Position numbers and translations under genes: made by a program. 35,796 nt of DNA from Octopus bimaculoides (Eukaryota), in NCBI RefSeq assembly GCF_001194135.2, contig NC_068989.1:19842888-19878683 (forward strand). The letters run 5' to 3'. Positions 1 through 12,143 of the stretch are shown here, piece by piece. Position 1 is the first letter of the stretch, and each line of letters opens with the position of its first letter. The notes under the pieces were generated by a model. The model worked only from the letters and a program-made list of their open reading frames with translations. It made no database searches and had not been told where the DNA came from.

Positions 1-336
1 ATTTCCAACCCTCACCTTACTGGCAGCATCTCTGTACATGGCTCGCACAGCTCTCACTAACCATTCTTCTATCCCAAGTTTCCTCATTGACCACCAGATA
101 AGGGATCGGGGGACCCTGTCAAACGCTTTCTCCATGTCAACGAAAGCCAGGTACAGAGGTTTATCCTTAGCTAGGTATTTCTCTTGCAACTGTCTCACTA
201 GAAATAAGGCATCAGTAGTGCTTTTACCTGGCACGAACCCAAACTGCATCTCATCTAAATTGATTCGCTCCCTAATTAGTTGGGCTATGACCCTCTCTGT
301 AACTTTCATAACCTGATCTAACAGCTTGATGCCTCT
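1..336 (-). mobile_element. RTE-clade LINE, 5'-truncated reverse transcriptase fragment running off the left edge of the window
   Basis: 112 uninterrupted codons: RGIKLLDQVMKVTERVIAQLIRERINLDEMQFGFVPGKSTTDALFLVRQLQEKYLAKDKPLYLAFVDMEKAFDRVPRSLIWWSMRKLGIEEWLVRAVRAMY. Contains the non-LTR RT motifs QFGF, ST.D and FVD.EKAFD.V. Confidence 0.92.
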
Positions 337-1280
337 GTGTGTTTATATTGTAGTCTTCTATATAGCATAACAGTTGCTCAACAAATAGATATCCATAAGA
401 CAAGTACTAAACTGAAGTATGTGGTCAGCTAAAAATGCTTCAGAGCAGTGTCCCAGCTTGACTACAGGTCAATGAATGAAACCAGTAAAAGGGTAATACA
501 ATACTAAGTTTATTAGTGGCATCACTGTTTCTAAATTAAGACCTTTTTCTATAAAATTAGATCAGAATTACAAAACATGTAGACAGATACTATCAACATG
601 GTGATTGTTATGGATAAGCAATTAATATACAGTTTTTCTGAAATAATCAAAAATGTCTTAACAGCATTTAACAATTCACACTAGCTTAGTTTTAGTTTGA
701 GAAAAATATTTGATTGTGTTTCGGTTATCAACACTAATCTTCTCAGTCAGTCACAAGAGACTTATTTTCAACATCAGTTCTTTCTTGGTTGTTTACTGTT
801 TCAACTAATTTCCACAACACACACACACTTTCAGAATTCAGTGACTTCATTTGTCGCAACAAATTAAAAGAATAATAATGGAATAGCTGCGGTTTTAATT
901 TTAATATTAATGACAGACACTCCAGTACCAGTCTGAGACAGCAAAGAAAAAGAATAATCCCTCCACTCAAGAAAAAAAACAAAACAAAAACAAACAAACA
1001 CTAATACCACATTCAGGATTTCAATCATATAATAATCTACTTCTTGCCAAGCAATCTCATTACCAATTCCACTAGAGTGTACAAATAAAGGATATTAGAA
1101 AGATAAAAGACTTTTTGTTTAACAAAAGCATGAATGATAACATTTTTAGCCATAAGAGATGTGGTTTCTGAAAGATTCATGCTGTTCTTAAAATCAAATA
1201 TTAATTGAAGGAAATCAATAAAATGTTAAGGACAATAATTTGCCCCTGTAGTATCTCACTAAGTTAGCAATGTAACTATG

Positions 1281-1482
1281 GTTTCAAATTTAGGTACAAG
1301 ACCAGCAATTTACAGGGAGGGGGGTAAGTTGATTACATCGACCCTAGTACACAACTGGTACTTATTGACATTGAAAGAATGAAAGGAAAAGTTGATCTTA
1401 TTGGAATTTGAACTCAGAACAAAGACAGACGACATGCCACTAAGCATTTTGCCTGGTGTGCTAACAATTCTGCCAGCTTGCA
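1281..1482 (-). mobile_element. tRNA-derived SINE, family A (abundant octopus-type SINE)
   Basis: On the minus strand the head has an A-box-like CTGGCAGAATTG and a B-box GTTCAAATTCC. The body TTTCCTTTCATTCTTTC..ATAAGTACCAGTTG is shared with about 10 other copies in the window. Confidence 0.8.
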
Positions 1483-1489
1483 GTCTTCT

Positions 1490-1657
1490 TTTCTGCAATT
1501 GGCACAAGACCTGGAATTTGGTGGGAGGGGGCTAGTTGATTATATCAACCCCAGTGTTCAACTAATACTTATTTTATCAACCCCAAAAGGATGGAAAGCG
1601 AAGTGAACTCAGAGTGTAAAGATGGATGAAATGCTGCTAACCATTCTCCAGCTCGTC
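1490..1657 (-). mobile_element. SINE family A, second copy head-to-tail with the previous one, internally deleted
   Basis: Same body (GGCACAAG..., ACCCCAGTG.TCAACT..TACTTATTTTATCAACCCC.AAAGGATG) and the same head CCAGCTCG on the plus strand. Confidence 0.75.
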
Positions 1658-1884
1658 ACCTTAGTTAGTAGTATAATAACGATGACTTAATGTATGAAAT
1701 GCAATACAAGCTCACTTAGCATTTAGTCCATCTCAGACTTTTTTTAACCAGTAATTGTACTTTTCAATTCCCAAGGCTATTCTATTGATTCTTACACAAA
1801 ACAGACCTGTAGATAACAGTAGAATAGTTATCATCAATCATCACCTGTTTCTAAGTAAGGTAATATTTCTCCATAACCAGATAG

Positions 1885-2148
1885 GTTTTCAAAGAATATT
1901 GGAAACAAAGGACACAGCTTGCATGACAGTGATACTTGTTTTTATAACTATCATGTGCTGTCACGGCAAGAAGATAGTAATGTACATACATACACATAGA
2001 TGGGCTCCCTTCAGTTTTTGTCTATCAAATCTGTTTTACAGGACTTTAGTTAGTCTAGGGTTATAGCAGAGGATACTTGTTGAAGATGCTATGCAATGCA
2101 ACTGAATCCAGAACCATGTGATTGGGAAGGAAACTTCTTACCACACAG
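1885..2148 (-). mobile_element. CORE-like SINE, family B, degraded
   Basis: Homologous to the copy at 10271-10645 (GGGCT.CTTCAGTTT..., TTATAG.AGA.GA.ACTTG, GAACCATGTG.TTGG, CTTACCACACAGC). Confidence 0.7.
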
Positions 2149-2530
2149 CTTATCATATGTGGGAAATCATTTTGTTAGGGCATTTAATTAAAGGAATTAC
2201 AAGAACATTGGTAAAAATTACTTTGCAGCATTCAGTTACATTCCTTTAGAATGAAATTCAAACCTTGCTGTGGTCAACTTTTGTTTTTTGGGTCAAGTAC
2301 TGATTATAATTGAATATATATGCTCCCACAAAATGTCTTGTGGCAATGCTAGAAATCCATATTCTGTTACAGTGCCAACATTTGAAATTTCTTTGGCTTG
2401 TTTGTACCACATTCCTAACAATGTCATTAAATTCATTCCCTCTAGATATTTAGATTTAAATGCATTTTCACCAAGTATTAACAAGTAAACATGCCAGAAT
2501 ACACAATTATTTACATATCAATATTAGTAC

Positions 2531-2748
2531 TTGGTAGGGCACCGAGCTGGTAGAACCGTTAGCACACCAGGCAAAATGCTGCTAAGCATTTTATCTGTCT
2601 TTACATTCTGAGTTCAAATTCCACTGAGGTTGACTTTACCATTCATCCCTTTGAGGCTGATTAAATACATACCTATTGAACCCTAGGACCAATGTAATCG
2701 ACTTATCCCCTTCTCGAAATAGCTGGCCTTGTGCCAAAATTTGAAACT
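2531..2748 (+). mobile_element. SINE family A with about 11-bp target-site duplication
   Basis: Head GAGCTGGTAGAACCGTTAGC and B-box GTTCAAATTCC. Flanks are AATATTAGTAC (2520-2530) and AATATTAGAAC (2749-2759). Confidence 0.85.
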
Positions 2749-2971
2749 AATATTAGAACCTGGTTAAATATAGAATCTGTTAATAGTTTTCGTCTAAGTG
2801 GTATTATCATTATTGTCTTAGTATTCTTCCTCTCTCAGAGTTTCCCATATCTTTCCAATCTCTTCATACATGCAACATGAGACACATAACTATAAGGAAA
2901 GATGGAGGGAGAAAGACAGAAGAGAGAAAAAATATGATAAACCATTCCTTTACAGAATGATTCACAAATTA

Positions 2972-3349
2972 TGTTGTTGTTGGCACTCCGTCGCTTACGA
3001 CGTCAAGGGTTCCAGTTGATCCGATCAACGGAACAGCCTGCTCTTGAAATTAACGTGCAAGTGGCTGAGCACTCCACAGACACGTATACCCTTAACGTAG
3101 TTCTCGGGGATATTCAGCGTGATAAGGCTGACCCTTTGAATTACAGGCATATCAGAAACAGGAAGAAAGAGTGAGAGAAAGTTGTGGTGAAAGAATACAG
3201 CAGGGTTCACCACCATCCCCTGCCGGAGCCTCATGGAGCTTTAGGTGTTTTCGCTCAATAAACACTCACAGTGCCCAGTCTGGGAATCGAAACTGCGATC
3301 CTATGACCGCAAGTCCGCCGCCCTAACCACTGGGCCATTGCGCTTCCAC
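2972..3349 (-). mobile_element. Full-length tRNA-derived SINE, family C, with (ACA)n tail and perfect 11-bp TSD
   Basis: The minus-strand head GGAAGCGCAATGGCCCAGTGGTTAGGGC...GTTTCGATTCCC carries A and B boxes. TSD TTCACAAATTA sits at 2961-2971 and 3350-3360. A close sister copy lies at 24102-24492. Confidence 0.92.
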
Positions 3350-4493
3350 TTCACAAATTAATATAATAATTAAAAGACGTAACTGCCAAGAATAACAAAG
3401 GCTCTTGATTGTTTTGATATGAAAAACTAAGGCAGTATAATCACAGGAAAACAAAACACACACTCTCTTTCTCTCGCACATGCATACACTTAAACACACA
3501 TACATACATTAACAAACATATTTATTACCTAACTTTTAGTAGCAACCTTATTATTATTATTATTATTATCATTATTATCACAATTCATTAATATGTAAGA
3601 CCCTATAATCTTAGCTGAAAGCAAATGGAAAAAAAATTCAATGGAATTTGGAAAAAACATAAATAAATACAAACAAGCAACAAATTCCAATAAACTCTCA
3701 TCTGTGTTCTATTTCAAATATCAAACCTAAATCTGATAAACATAGAACTCAAGATTGCAATAAAAGTTGAATCCAAAGTGTTTATACTTCTAGAAAAGGA
3801 AGATACAATTTCCAATTTTCCCCACATTAATGTCATTTTTTTTTCTAAATTGGCACTGGCTGGAAAGATTTATCCAAAGATCTTTGCTAAGATCAAATCT
3901 GCTTTTGGTGGTGGATGGTGGTGGAGAGGTACCTCCTCTCCCCATGAAATGTTATCTTCTTCCTGCTATTACTACTAACACTATCACCAAAAATTTTATT
4001 ACAAAATAACTAAATATTTTTTTCTCAGCTAAGGCACATTTTTTTGGTCTGATGCTAAGCTTTAGTTTCTTACCATGAAGTGGATAAAAAGACAAATCTC
4101 TCAGTAGACAGAATGCTGGTTTATCTTAGACACCATTCCCTAATGATCTGGACCATCAGTAGCTATGTTAACTCAACTGACTAAATACACCTGCAATGAA
4201 TTTAAACTCAAGCCTTCAGATAAACAACAAGTGTATAAAGGACTTTATTCAATTACCTATACTTTTTCCTTACAAATTTCAGGCCTTGTACTAATGCAGT
4301 TAATAATAATTTTTGTTTCATGGTAATGATGGAGAGGGGGAAGGGCAAAACCAAGTAGAATGCTGCTCTAAAAGCCTTACATTATATACTCTTTCAGCTT
4401 TCTATGCACCTAGACTAGCCAAGGCCTTTTATTCCTTTATGACTGTTAAAATATCACCAGTAATATCCTAGAATTGATAACCCCTTACCTTAA

Positions 4494-4714
4494 ACCTTTA
4501 GCATTCAGAATGCTCTGTCAAATGTAATGTTCATCTATTCACATGGTTTTGAATTTATCAAGCATTATTTCATAGCTTTGGGAGTTGAATCAAGTGATTC
4601 TTTGTTTTTTTGAATGATATCGTAAGGTAGATATGAAAGGCTAGATCAGGTCAGATTGAATATAAAACAGGCAGAAAATTTGGGTTGGATAAAACCAGTT
4701 TAAATGCTAAAGGA
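4494..4714. mobile_element. piggyBac-like MITE
   Basis: Perfect 11-bp inverted termini CCTTTAGCATT (4495-4505) and AATGCTAAAGG (4703-4713), flanked by TTAA (4490-4493) and CTAA (4715-4718). TTAA targeting is characteristic of piggyBac. Confidence 0.75.
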
Positions 4715-5329
4715 CTAACAATAATAATAATGATAAAAACTAAAATGGTACTATATCCAAAAAACCATTATTTTTATTAAAATTCTGTACATTCTGAATT
4801 CAAAGTTTGTGGGGATCAACTCTGCCTTTCATTCTTGCATGGAGGAATCAATAAGATAGTGCCAATAATAATAGAATACTTGGAGATGATTTAAATAACT
4901 GCACTCACCTCCAATCAATGGTCTAGTGTCACTGTTAGAATAATAAGTATGGTGTTATAGATATTTAGGACTAAGTACGGTTCATTCATGTTATTGTTTT
5001 AATTGTTATTGTTCGAGAGGATGAGGAGGGAAGAAACAGAGAGAATGAGACAAAGCACCAGCACCTGCAGCAGAGATGAGATGAAAGAGAGATGCAAGAG
5101 AATATGCAAATTATGGCTGGTTATTGATTAGGTGAAAGGTTAATACAAAACAAAGAGGAAATGAAGGGAAAAAATTATTGGAACAGCCAATGTTTTGACA
5201 GTTTCTATTGACAAAGAGACTGAAAACATGCAAGGTTATTAGTCAGAGTGAGGAAAATGACATGTTGAAAATTAAAATTTGTTTTTAAATAATATAAATG
5301 GCAGTGGTAATATATAATTGGTACAAGGC

Positions 5330-6015
5330 CATAGAGGAATAGAGGGGTGGTAGATGATTTAATTGCCTCTTAATATACTACTGAGGCTTAATTCATTGAA
5401 CCCTACCCAGCACAAAGAATGAAATGCAAATTTAACCCAGTAAGATTTGAACTCAAGAACTTAAAGGACATGTACCTAAACACATCAAGGCAGCATTTAG
5501 TACAGTATCAACACAAGTGAACTTCTTTTGTTGGAGCCCCAGAATGATATGGCAGATAAAATCTTGTGTAAAGAAATGAAACTAAATAACAAAAAGCAGT
5601 TAATAATAGAGGCCAGCAATTTTAGGGGGAAAGAAACGGTTGACTATATTGATCCCAGTACTCAACTGGTACTTATTTTGTCAACCCCAAAAGGATGAAA
5701 GGTAGAGTCAGCCCCACTGGAATTTGAACTCAGAATGTAAAGAACCAAAAGAAATGCTGCTAGGCATTTTGTCCAACATGCTAATGATTCTATCATTTGC
5801 CACCTTAACAACAGTAATTCTTCAAAAATTTTGTCACAAAACCAGGAATTTCAGTGGGAGGGGGGGGGGNNNNNNNNNNNNNNNNNNATTCGATTGCATG
5901 AACCCTAGTATTTGACTGACTCTGAAAGGATGACAGGCCAAGTTGAGTTTGTTGGAATTTGAGCTTAGAATGTGAAGAATCAGAAGAACTACCGTAAGGC
6001 ATTTTACTTTGTGCT
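5330..6015 (-). mobile_element. Stack of three family A SINE copies (about 5330-5500, 5600-5805 and 5815-6015)
   Basis: Three successive same-orientation units each contain GAATTTGAA/GCT.AGAA (the B-box in reverse) and the CCC..AAAGGATGA body. Confidence 0.75.
5870..5887. other. Assembly gap (18 N) at a poly-G run inside a SINE
   Basis: The Ns are seen directly after GGGAGGGGGGGGGG. Confidence 0.98.
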
Positions 6016-7569
6016 TTAACGATTCTGATGGGAGGAGGATGAATGAATGAATGGAGAAAAAAGATAAAATGAAAATATGGCAAAAGTGGAAGATTCAGTT
6101 GTTAAGTTAGAAAAAGAAGTAATTAGCAGATGTGATGGAGTCATAATACAGTGAATGAGAAGATAGATGGAGATAAAGAGGGGATGGAGGCAAGAGAAAA
6201 GATTGAGCAATATTGTAATACCAGTTTCAGAGCTCAGTGGATATAAAATTCCAGTATCTGTGAAAAAGGAGAAGTAAAGGATTAAGATTATAGGGTGGGG
6301 AAAAAGGAGGCAAGGAAGGAGAGGGGGGGGGGCAGTTAAAAAAAAAAAATTTTTTTTTTTTTAGAGCAAGTATGTAAATGACACCCCATATATGCATGCT
6401 CAGATAGACATACACACACTCAAAGGATTTATGAAACAATGTACTTTACAGCTAGATGTAATTATATCCTGTTTACGATATAGGAAGATATTCTCCAAAC
6501 ACACATATATACACAAATCGCTTATTTATACTGATTTCTGTTTCTCAGGTTTCAAGTTTTATGCCGCTGTAATTTTTAGGAGACTGTTGGATTTCAAACT
6601 AGTTTTCTGTACATCAGAGCATGTTCATTTTTCTGAGTGTAGCTATAACTTTTATTGAACCTATTCTAAATGTTATTTTGTGAAAGCCACGTATAGCTGA
6701 ATGAACCCACTCAGTGTTAGTAAAAGGGGTAGGTGGGTGGAATCTAAAGGCCACAGTGTTAGGAAATCTGAGTCACAAGAAAATAAATTCAATTTAAACA
6801 ATGTACTCAACACTGTATACCAAGTACGCTTTTCTTCTTTTGTTTGCAAACTTCAACATTTAAATGTGTGTGTGTGTAATATATATATATTTCTTTCCTA
6901 TTTCCTTTCTATATGTATATATGTGTGTGTGAGTGTATTATTAGGATTAAGGTGGATTAAAGTAACCAATCAAATTGGTCTAAGATCTTACTTGCTGTGA
7001 TATAGCATTCTACAATCTTAGTAACATGAACATAATTGTTTTTAATGCCTTCACACCCTTCATACTAGTACTTCATACTATGCAAGATTAAGTGCTCTTT
7101 GAATACACAGCATGTGTTCAGCTTAATGAAAAACCTATGTGGGAGAACTGGAGAAGCTTCTGATAATATGGTTTATGAAGTTTTAGAAAAAAGACTAATA
7201 ACTGGGAAAAGAATCCATGATCATGTTTCTTGTTGTCTGTAAATGTTCATTTGTATTATTATTTTACTTAATAGTTCTGTTGATGTACAAGCCACATCTT
7301 TCTATGTTGATGTACCGGTGGTTGAGGTGTTTGGTTCATGGCATCACGAGTTCAATTCCTTGACTTAGTGGCATGTTGGATCCTTGTGCAAGTTATTTTA
7401 TTTCATGATACTTCAGTCTTCTCAGTTGAAAATGAGCACCAACCAGGTTGCTAGCGGAGCCTTCTCTCCCACCAGCTGTCACATTCTCAATAATCCTTTG
7501 TGATAAGAAAGGGAACATGAAGAATATGTCTGTGTGTCTGCTTGCGACTACATAGGTTCATTTTAGAAT

Positions 7570-7925
7570 CCACTTTTCCATGCAAGCGTGGGTTGGTATT
7601 TGTTGAGGCAGATTTGCTATGGCTGGATGTTCTTCCTGTCACCAACCCTCACCTGTTTCCAAGTTGGGTAATATTTTCCCTATGGCCAAACATGTTTCAC
7701 AGGTGATTGGAAATGAAGGAAATTGCTTGTGTAACAGTGACAGTTGTTTAACAACTATCACAATGTCAAGGCAGGGGACAGTAACACACACATTAACAAT
7801 AGGCTTTTAGTTTCAGTTTACCAAACCCACTCAGAAGGCTTTGATCAGCTCCGGCTATAGTGGAAGACACTTGCCCAAGATGACATGCAATGGGACTAAG
7901 CCTGAAACCATGCATGGCATCACCT
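7570..7925 (-). mobile_element. Family B CORE-like SINE variant with an RTE-type 3' tail
   Basis: The CORE-like block GAAGACACTTGCCCAAG lies at 7863-7879. The tail blocks GGCTGGATGTTCTTCCTGTCACCAACC and TTTTCCATGCAAGCGTGGGTTGG match the element at 17340-17650. Confidence 0.7.
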
Positions 7926-8154
7926 AAAACAATTAGTAAAAAGCATGGTACATGCTGCCAAGACGTACTCTCTTGTGAATGACAACTATGGTTTTTTTGA
8001 AGTACAATAATACTCATTACTTACAGTTCTAATATTTTGACAAGTAATTTGTGACCTTATGCCACTGTTAGAGATGAATTATTTTCTTATGTAATCAACA
8101 TTAATTCATTCTTGTATAAGTTTCTTCAATTCTCTATGTATATAAACACAACCA

Positions 8155-8320
8155 GACTAGCTGGCTTCTTTCAGTTTTGACTACCAAGTCCACTAACAAG
8201 GCTTTAACTTGGCCTGGGGCTATAGCAGAAGATATTTGTCTAAGGTACCATAATGTAGGACTAAATTTGGAACCATGTGGTTGGGAAGTAAACTTCTTAC
8301 CCTTACCACACAGCCATGTT
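8155..8320 (-). mobile_element. Family B SINE 5' portion, degraded
   Basis: GGCTTCTTTCAGTTT..CTACCAA.TCCACT.ACAAGGCTTT...GAACCATGTGGTTGG...CTTACCACACAGCCA. Confidence 0.75.
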
Positions 8321-8601
8321 GGAGTCTGTAAGAGCTCTTGATGTAATTCTCAGGCAGAATCATGATAGTAGGATGTAATGAGGCAGTAGCTCTGAATTTC
8401 AGGTATAATCCATCCAAGAGGCTCCTATACTGCTTTTACTCACAAGATATGTGTTGAACTAAGGCTATACAAAATTACATTTGCCCATGATGCCAGAGTG
8501 AGATTGAACCTAGGATTGTACAGTTTCAAAGTGAACTTTTTAACCATTTAGTCTTACTGCACATACACACTTTCATGTGTGCATGTTTGCCATAATGCAC
8601 T

Positions 8602-8604
<3 letters not shown>

Positions 8605-8645
<41 letters not shown>
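8605..8645. repeat. (TA)n-(TG)n microsatellite
   Basis: Seen directly. Confidence 0.95.
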
Positions 8646-8649
<4 letters not shown>

Positions 8650-10270
8650 TGAATTAAGAAAGTTGCAGCCATAATCTTCATGAATTTTACAAAACTAAGC
8701 TACATCTATAGTTTCTCTGTTATCACTGATTCATAAGGTCAAAGATAACAGATGTATCCATTACTCAAAGAAAACGCCAACTATATAGAGTATTGGTGAT
8801 GCACTGCTTCACTCAACACCTTCACAGAGATAGGTTACTACTATCAGTTGGCTAGAAATGCAACTAATGTTGTTTTGTGCAACCACTTGTTACAATACAA
8901 CACAATAACAAGTTACTAATAGCTATTCAATTACTTACACTTTAGATAAGATTAATTACTGCTAGCTGTTGTTTTCAGACCCTACTTCTCTCTTTCTCTC
9001 ACACATGCATAAAACAGAGCAATATTGTATCAAGCAGAGAGAAAGATTCAGTATCAGACCACTGGTAGGAATCAAAAGTAAAGTACAATTAATGAGAGAG
9101 AAAGAGAGAGAGGGGGGAGGGGCAAGACAAACAGTACTTCAGATCATAGCCAACAGGTAACTAAGCTTTGGGAAAATTAACAATCAATACAAAACCACCA
9201 CCACCACCACACACAGTAATAAAATAAAAATTATGTTCTGACTGTCACAATGTCCTAGATCTGGAAATGATATGAGTAAATTATGAAGTGCAGCTATTTA
9301 AACATTACAAAAGATTCTATTGCATTTTTAATATAGAATTTATGGCAGTCAGAGTAGACTCTTGGCCTCCACTGAGCATGATCTTTTTACTCAGTTACAG
9401 CATGATGTCATGCCTTTCAGTAAGGTACGATCACACCTTGAAAAAGTAAGCTTCATTTCTCTCAGATGCACCTGATGCAACACCCTTCTTAGTTCATTAC
9501 TACTGTGCCTCACCTTGCTAAACAGAAATTAATTCTGTAAAATTCCGTCCCTGTCTATTTTTTCTTTTTCTTTTTTATGTGCCTGGCAATATGCTTAAGA
9601 AGTTTACTTCCCAACAAAGTGGTGTTGGGTTTAGCCTTGCTGTGTGAAAACCTTAGGTGAGCATCTTAGCACCAGGCCAGCTATGCCTTGTGAGTAGACA
9701 GAAATTGAAAGAATGTCACACGCACATGTGTGCATAAGCTCTATGAAAGTTACAACATACAGGTAAAGTTGTTGTTGTCAGTTCCCGAGACAACAAATCG
9801 TCCATTCACTTTGGGCCTTTGAATAAGAGATCCCTTGTTTGAAAAACAGGTAAGGGTTAGTAACTGGAAGGGTATCCAGCTCTAAAACAATGCTTTGCTT
9901 AACATAGTCATCTAACCCAAGTAAGCATGGAAAAATGAATGAATCAAACTACATAACTCCAAGCTGAACTTCAACTGCACTCATCTGACAAGACTACAAA
10001 TGTTATAACGGCCACTCCATTTCTGATTTCCTAACCCAACCCTAAATCTATAAACACAACTGAGATATATTTCAGTGATACAAAACAAACCTTAGTTACT
10101 ATTATATTACTGAGTCTTGATATTAAATCATACTTTACGACATAGCTGATAACTTCTCAATTTCTCTGACAAAGTTTCACCTTAAAAAAGGAAAACAAAC
10201 GAAGAGGATCAATGATTTGCCCATTGAAACTTGTAAGTACAACAACACTATTGTTCACCTATTGTGATAT

Positions 10271-10645
10271 ACTCTTTTACTTGTTTCAGTCATTTGATTG
10301 TGGCCATGCTGGAGCACCGCCTTTAGTCGAGCAAATCGACCCCAAGACTTGTAAGCCTAGTAATTATTCTATTGGTCTCTTTTGCCGAACCGCTAAGTTA
10401 CAGGGACGTAAACACACCAGCATCGGTTGTCAAGCGATGTTGGGGGGGACAAACACAGAAACACAAACATATACACACACATACGACGGGCTTCTTTCAG
10501 TTTCCATCTACCAAATCCACTCACAAGGCTTTGGTCGGCCCGAGGTTATAGTAGAAGACACTTGCCCAAGGTGCCACGCAGTAGGACTGAACCTGGAGCC
10601 ATGTGGTTGGTAAGCAAGCTACTTACCACACAGCCACTCCTATGC
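10271..10645 (-). mobile_element. Near full-length CORE-like tRNA-derived SINE, family B
   Basis: Minus-strand head GGAGTGGCTGTGTGGTAAGTAGC...GGTTCAGTCC, followed by GCACCTTGGGCAAGTGTCTT, which resembles the MIR/CORE block CCTTGGGCAAGT. The tail ends in AGTAAAAGAGT. Octopus OR-type SINEs are recalled as CORE-SINEs. Confidence 0.88.
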
Positions 10646-11068
10646 ACTCATACAATAAATAAAATAACAATGTTAATATCATCCATGAGTTATCATTAGA
10701 CTTAATTAAGTAGAGCTTAAAAAGTGAAGGTCACAACCTCCTTTTTAATTCTTATCATTTCTTCGAGGTAAAAAGCTTCTTTGTAAACTAATCAATCCTA
10801 ATTCTTTTCCTGTTTAATGGATTTGTAATATAGTGTTGTTATCAATTTTGATTACAACCAGAGATATTTTGCCTATCATCTGAACTTAAGATAGCAAGTT
10901 TTTAAACTAGGTACAGTGCAGCCAGCTTTTGTACTGTCTTGATTATTTGAGAGAGAGAGAGAGAGAGATTTTGAAGACAAAACATACTGTTGAAATATTG
11001 CTCAATCCAATAATCAGAGTCAATCCCAATCCCTACTTGTTACAAATCATATCACACTCTTCTTCTTC

Positions 11069-11101
<33 letters not shown>

Positions 11102-11107
11102 GTAGTA

Positions 11108-12127
11108 ATGGGTGGGAGGGGTTTGATCAGTCACCAGGACTGTATTGAAGCAGAGGAAAACAGCTTAGAGTGGTATATAAAAAATGCCATGGAGCCATTG
11201 TTGAAACATACAAAGAAGGCTGGCATCATCAAAACTGAAAAGTGTGTAATGAAAAAAAAATTTAAACAAGAAATGAACATCAAAAAAAAAAAAAGCATGG
11301 AAAGAAAAAAATGTACGGTCAGTTTGCAAGAGATGTGAATGCAAAGACAGATAGAGAGGACCAGTGGCTTTGGATGAAGAGGAGTAACCTGAAGATAGAG
11401 ACAGAAGCACTCATATGCACAACTCAAGAACAAGTGTTAAAGACCAATTATATGAAGCGCAGAATAGACAACACTACCAACAGCGACAAATGCAGAATGT
11501 GTGGTGAGAGGGGTGAAATGGTATGGCACATCATTAGTGAATGCTCGTATTTGGCACAATGCAAATACAAAACATGCCATGACGATGTGGCAAGAATGAT
11601 CCATTGGGAGCTCTGTGGAAATCATGGCCTACAAAGAGCAAAGACGTGGTATGAGAAAACCCCAGAAGGAGAATTGCAATATCCTGTGGGATACAATGAT
11701 CCAGTGCAATCATCTGACCAGACTTTGGAAACCAGATATTGTTGTGGTGAATAAAAAAGAAAGAACATGTATGATAATCAACATAGCATGCCCCGGTGAC
11801 AACAGGATCAAACTGAAAGAAGAAAAAATAAACAACTATGAAAATTTGAAGTGGGAAATACGAAGTTTGTGGCCAATGAGGAGAGGAGACGTGGTTCCAA
11901 TAGTAATTGGTGCACTTGGAAGTATCAGCACTCAACTACCAACATGGCTAAAAAAAATTGGTGCAAGTGTGAAGGTAGAACACCTACAAAAATCAGCATT
12001 GCTTGGAACTGCAAGAATTCTTCTCAGGGTTCTTGAAGCATGACCAGTAAACAAGGGTCACCTTAGTCTTCTGGCTGTGGACAGCTGACACTTTCCATGA
12101 TACCCAAAGCTGTGAGTTTTAATCACA
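11108..12127 (+). mobile_element. 5'-truncated R4/Dong-like non-LTR retrotransposon (restriction-like endonuclease type), frameshifted
   Basis: Three overlapping ORF pieces give GGRGL, WLW...LKIETEALI..QEQ.L.T, a CCHC finger CRMCGERGEMVWHIISEC, the RLE motif KPDIVVVNKKERTCMIINIACP and VVPIVIGALG...LQKSALLGTARIL. It is flanked by (AAT)n at 11070-11100 and 12128-12143. Confidence 0.9.
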
Positions 12128-12143
12128 TAACAATAATAATAAT

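Noticed and set aside
38-316. 92-aa plus-strand ORF
   Set aside because: It is the antisense shadow of the RTE reverse transcriptase frame on the minus strand.
743-997. 84-aa minus-strand ORF as a possible NRBP exon
   Set aside because: No resemblance to any NRBP segment I recall; it begins in a low-complexity T-rich tract.
3265-3349. tRNA-like sequence with A and B boxes (also 24410-24492 and other SINE heads)
   Set aside because: These are SINE heads: they continue into shared bodies, have simple-repeat tails and are bounded by TSDs.
4074-4190. 117-nt exon-like segment on the minus strand (ttgcAG...ATG|GTAAGA)
   Set aside because: It has stops in all three frames and no NRBP similarity; such site pairs are expected by chance in 35 kb.
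6712-6815. hAT-like inverted ends CAGTGTT(G)AGTA
   Set aside because: The 8-bp flanks (AACCCACT versus TATACCAA) do not form a TSD and the repeat is short.
9461-9480. ctcAG|ATGCACCTGATGCA encoding 'APDA', similar to the missing next NRBP exon
   Set aside because: It is on the wrong strand for NRBP and has no further similarity.
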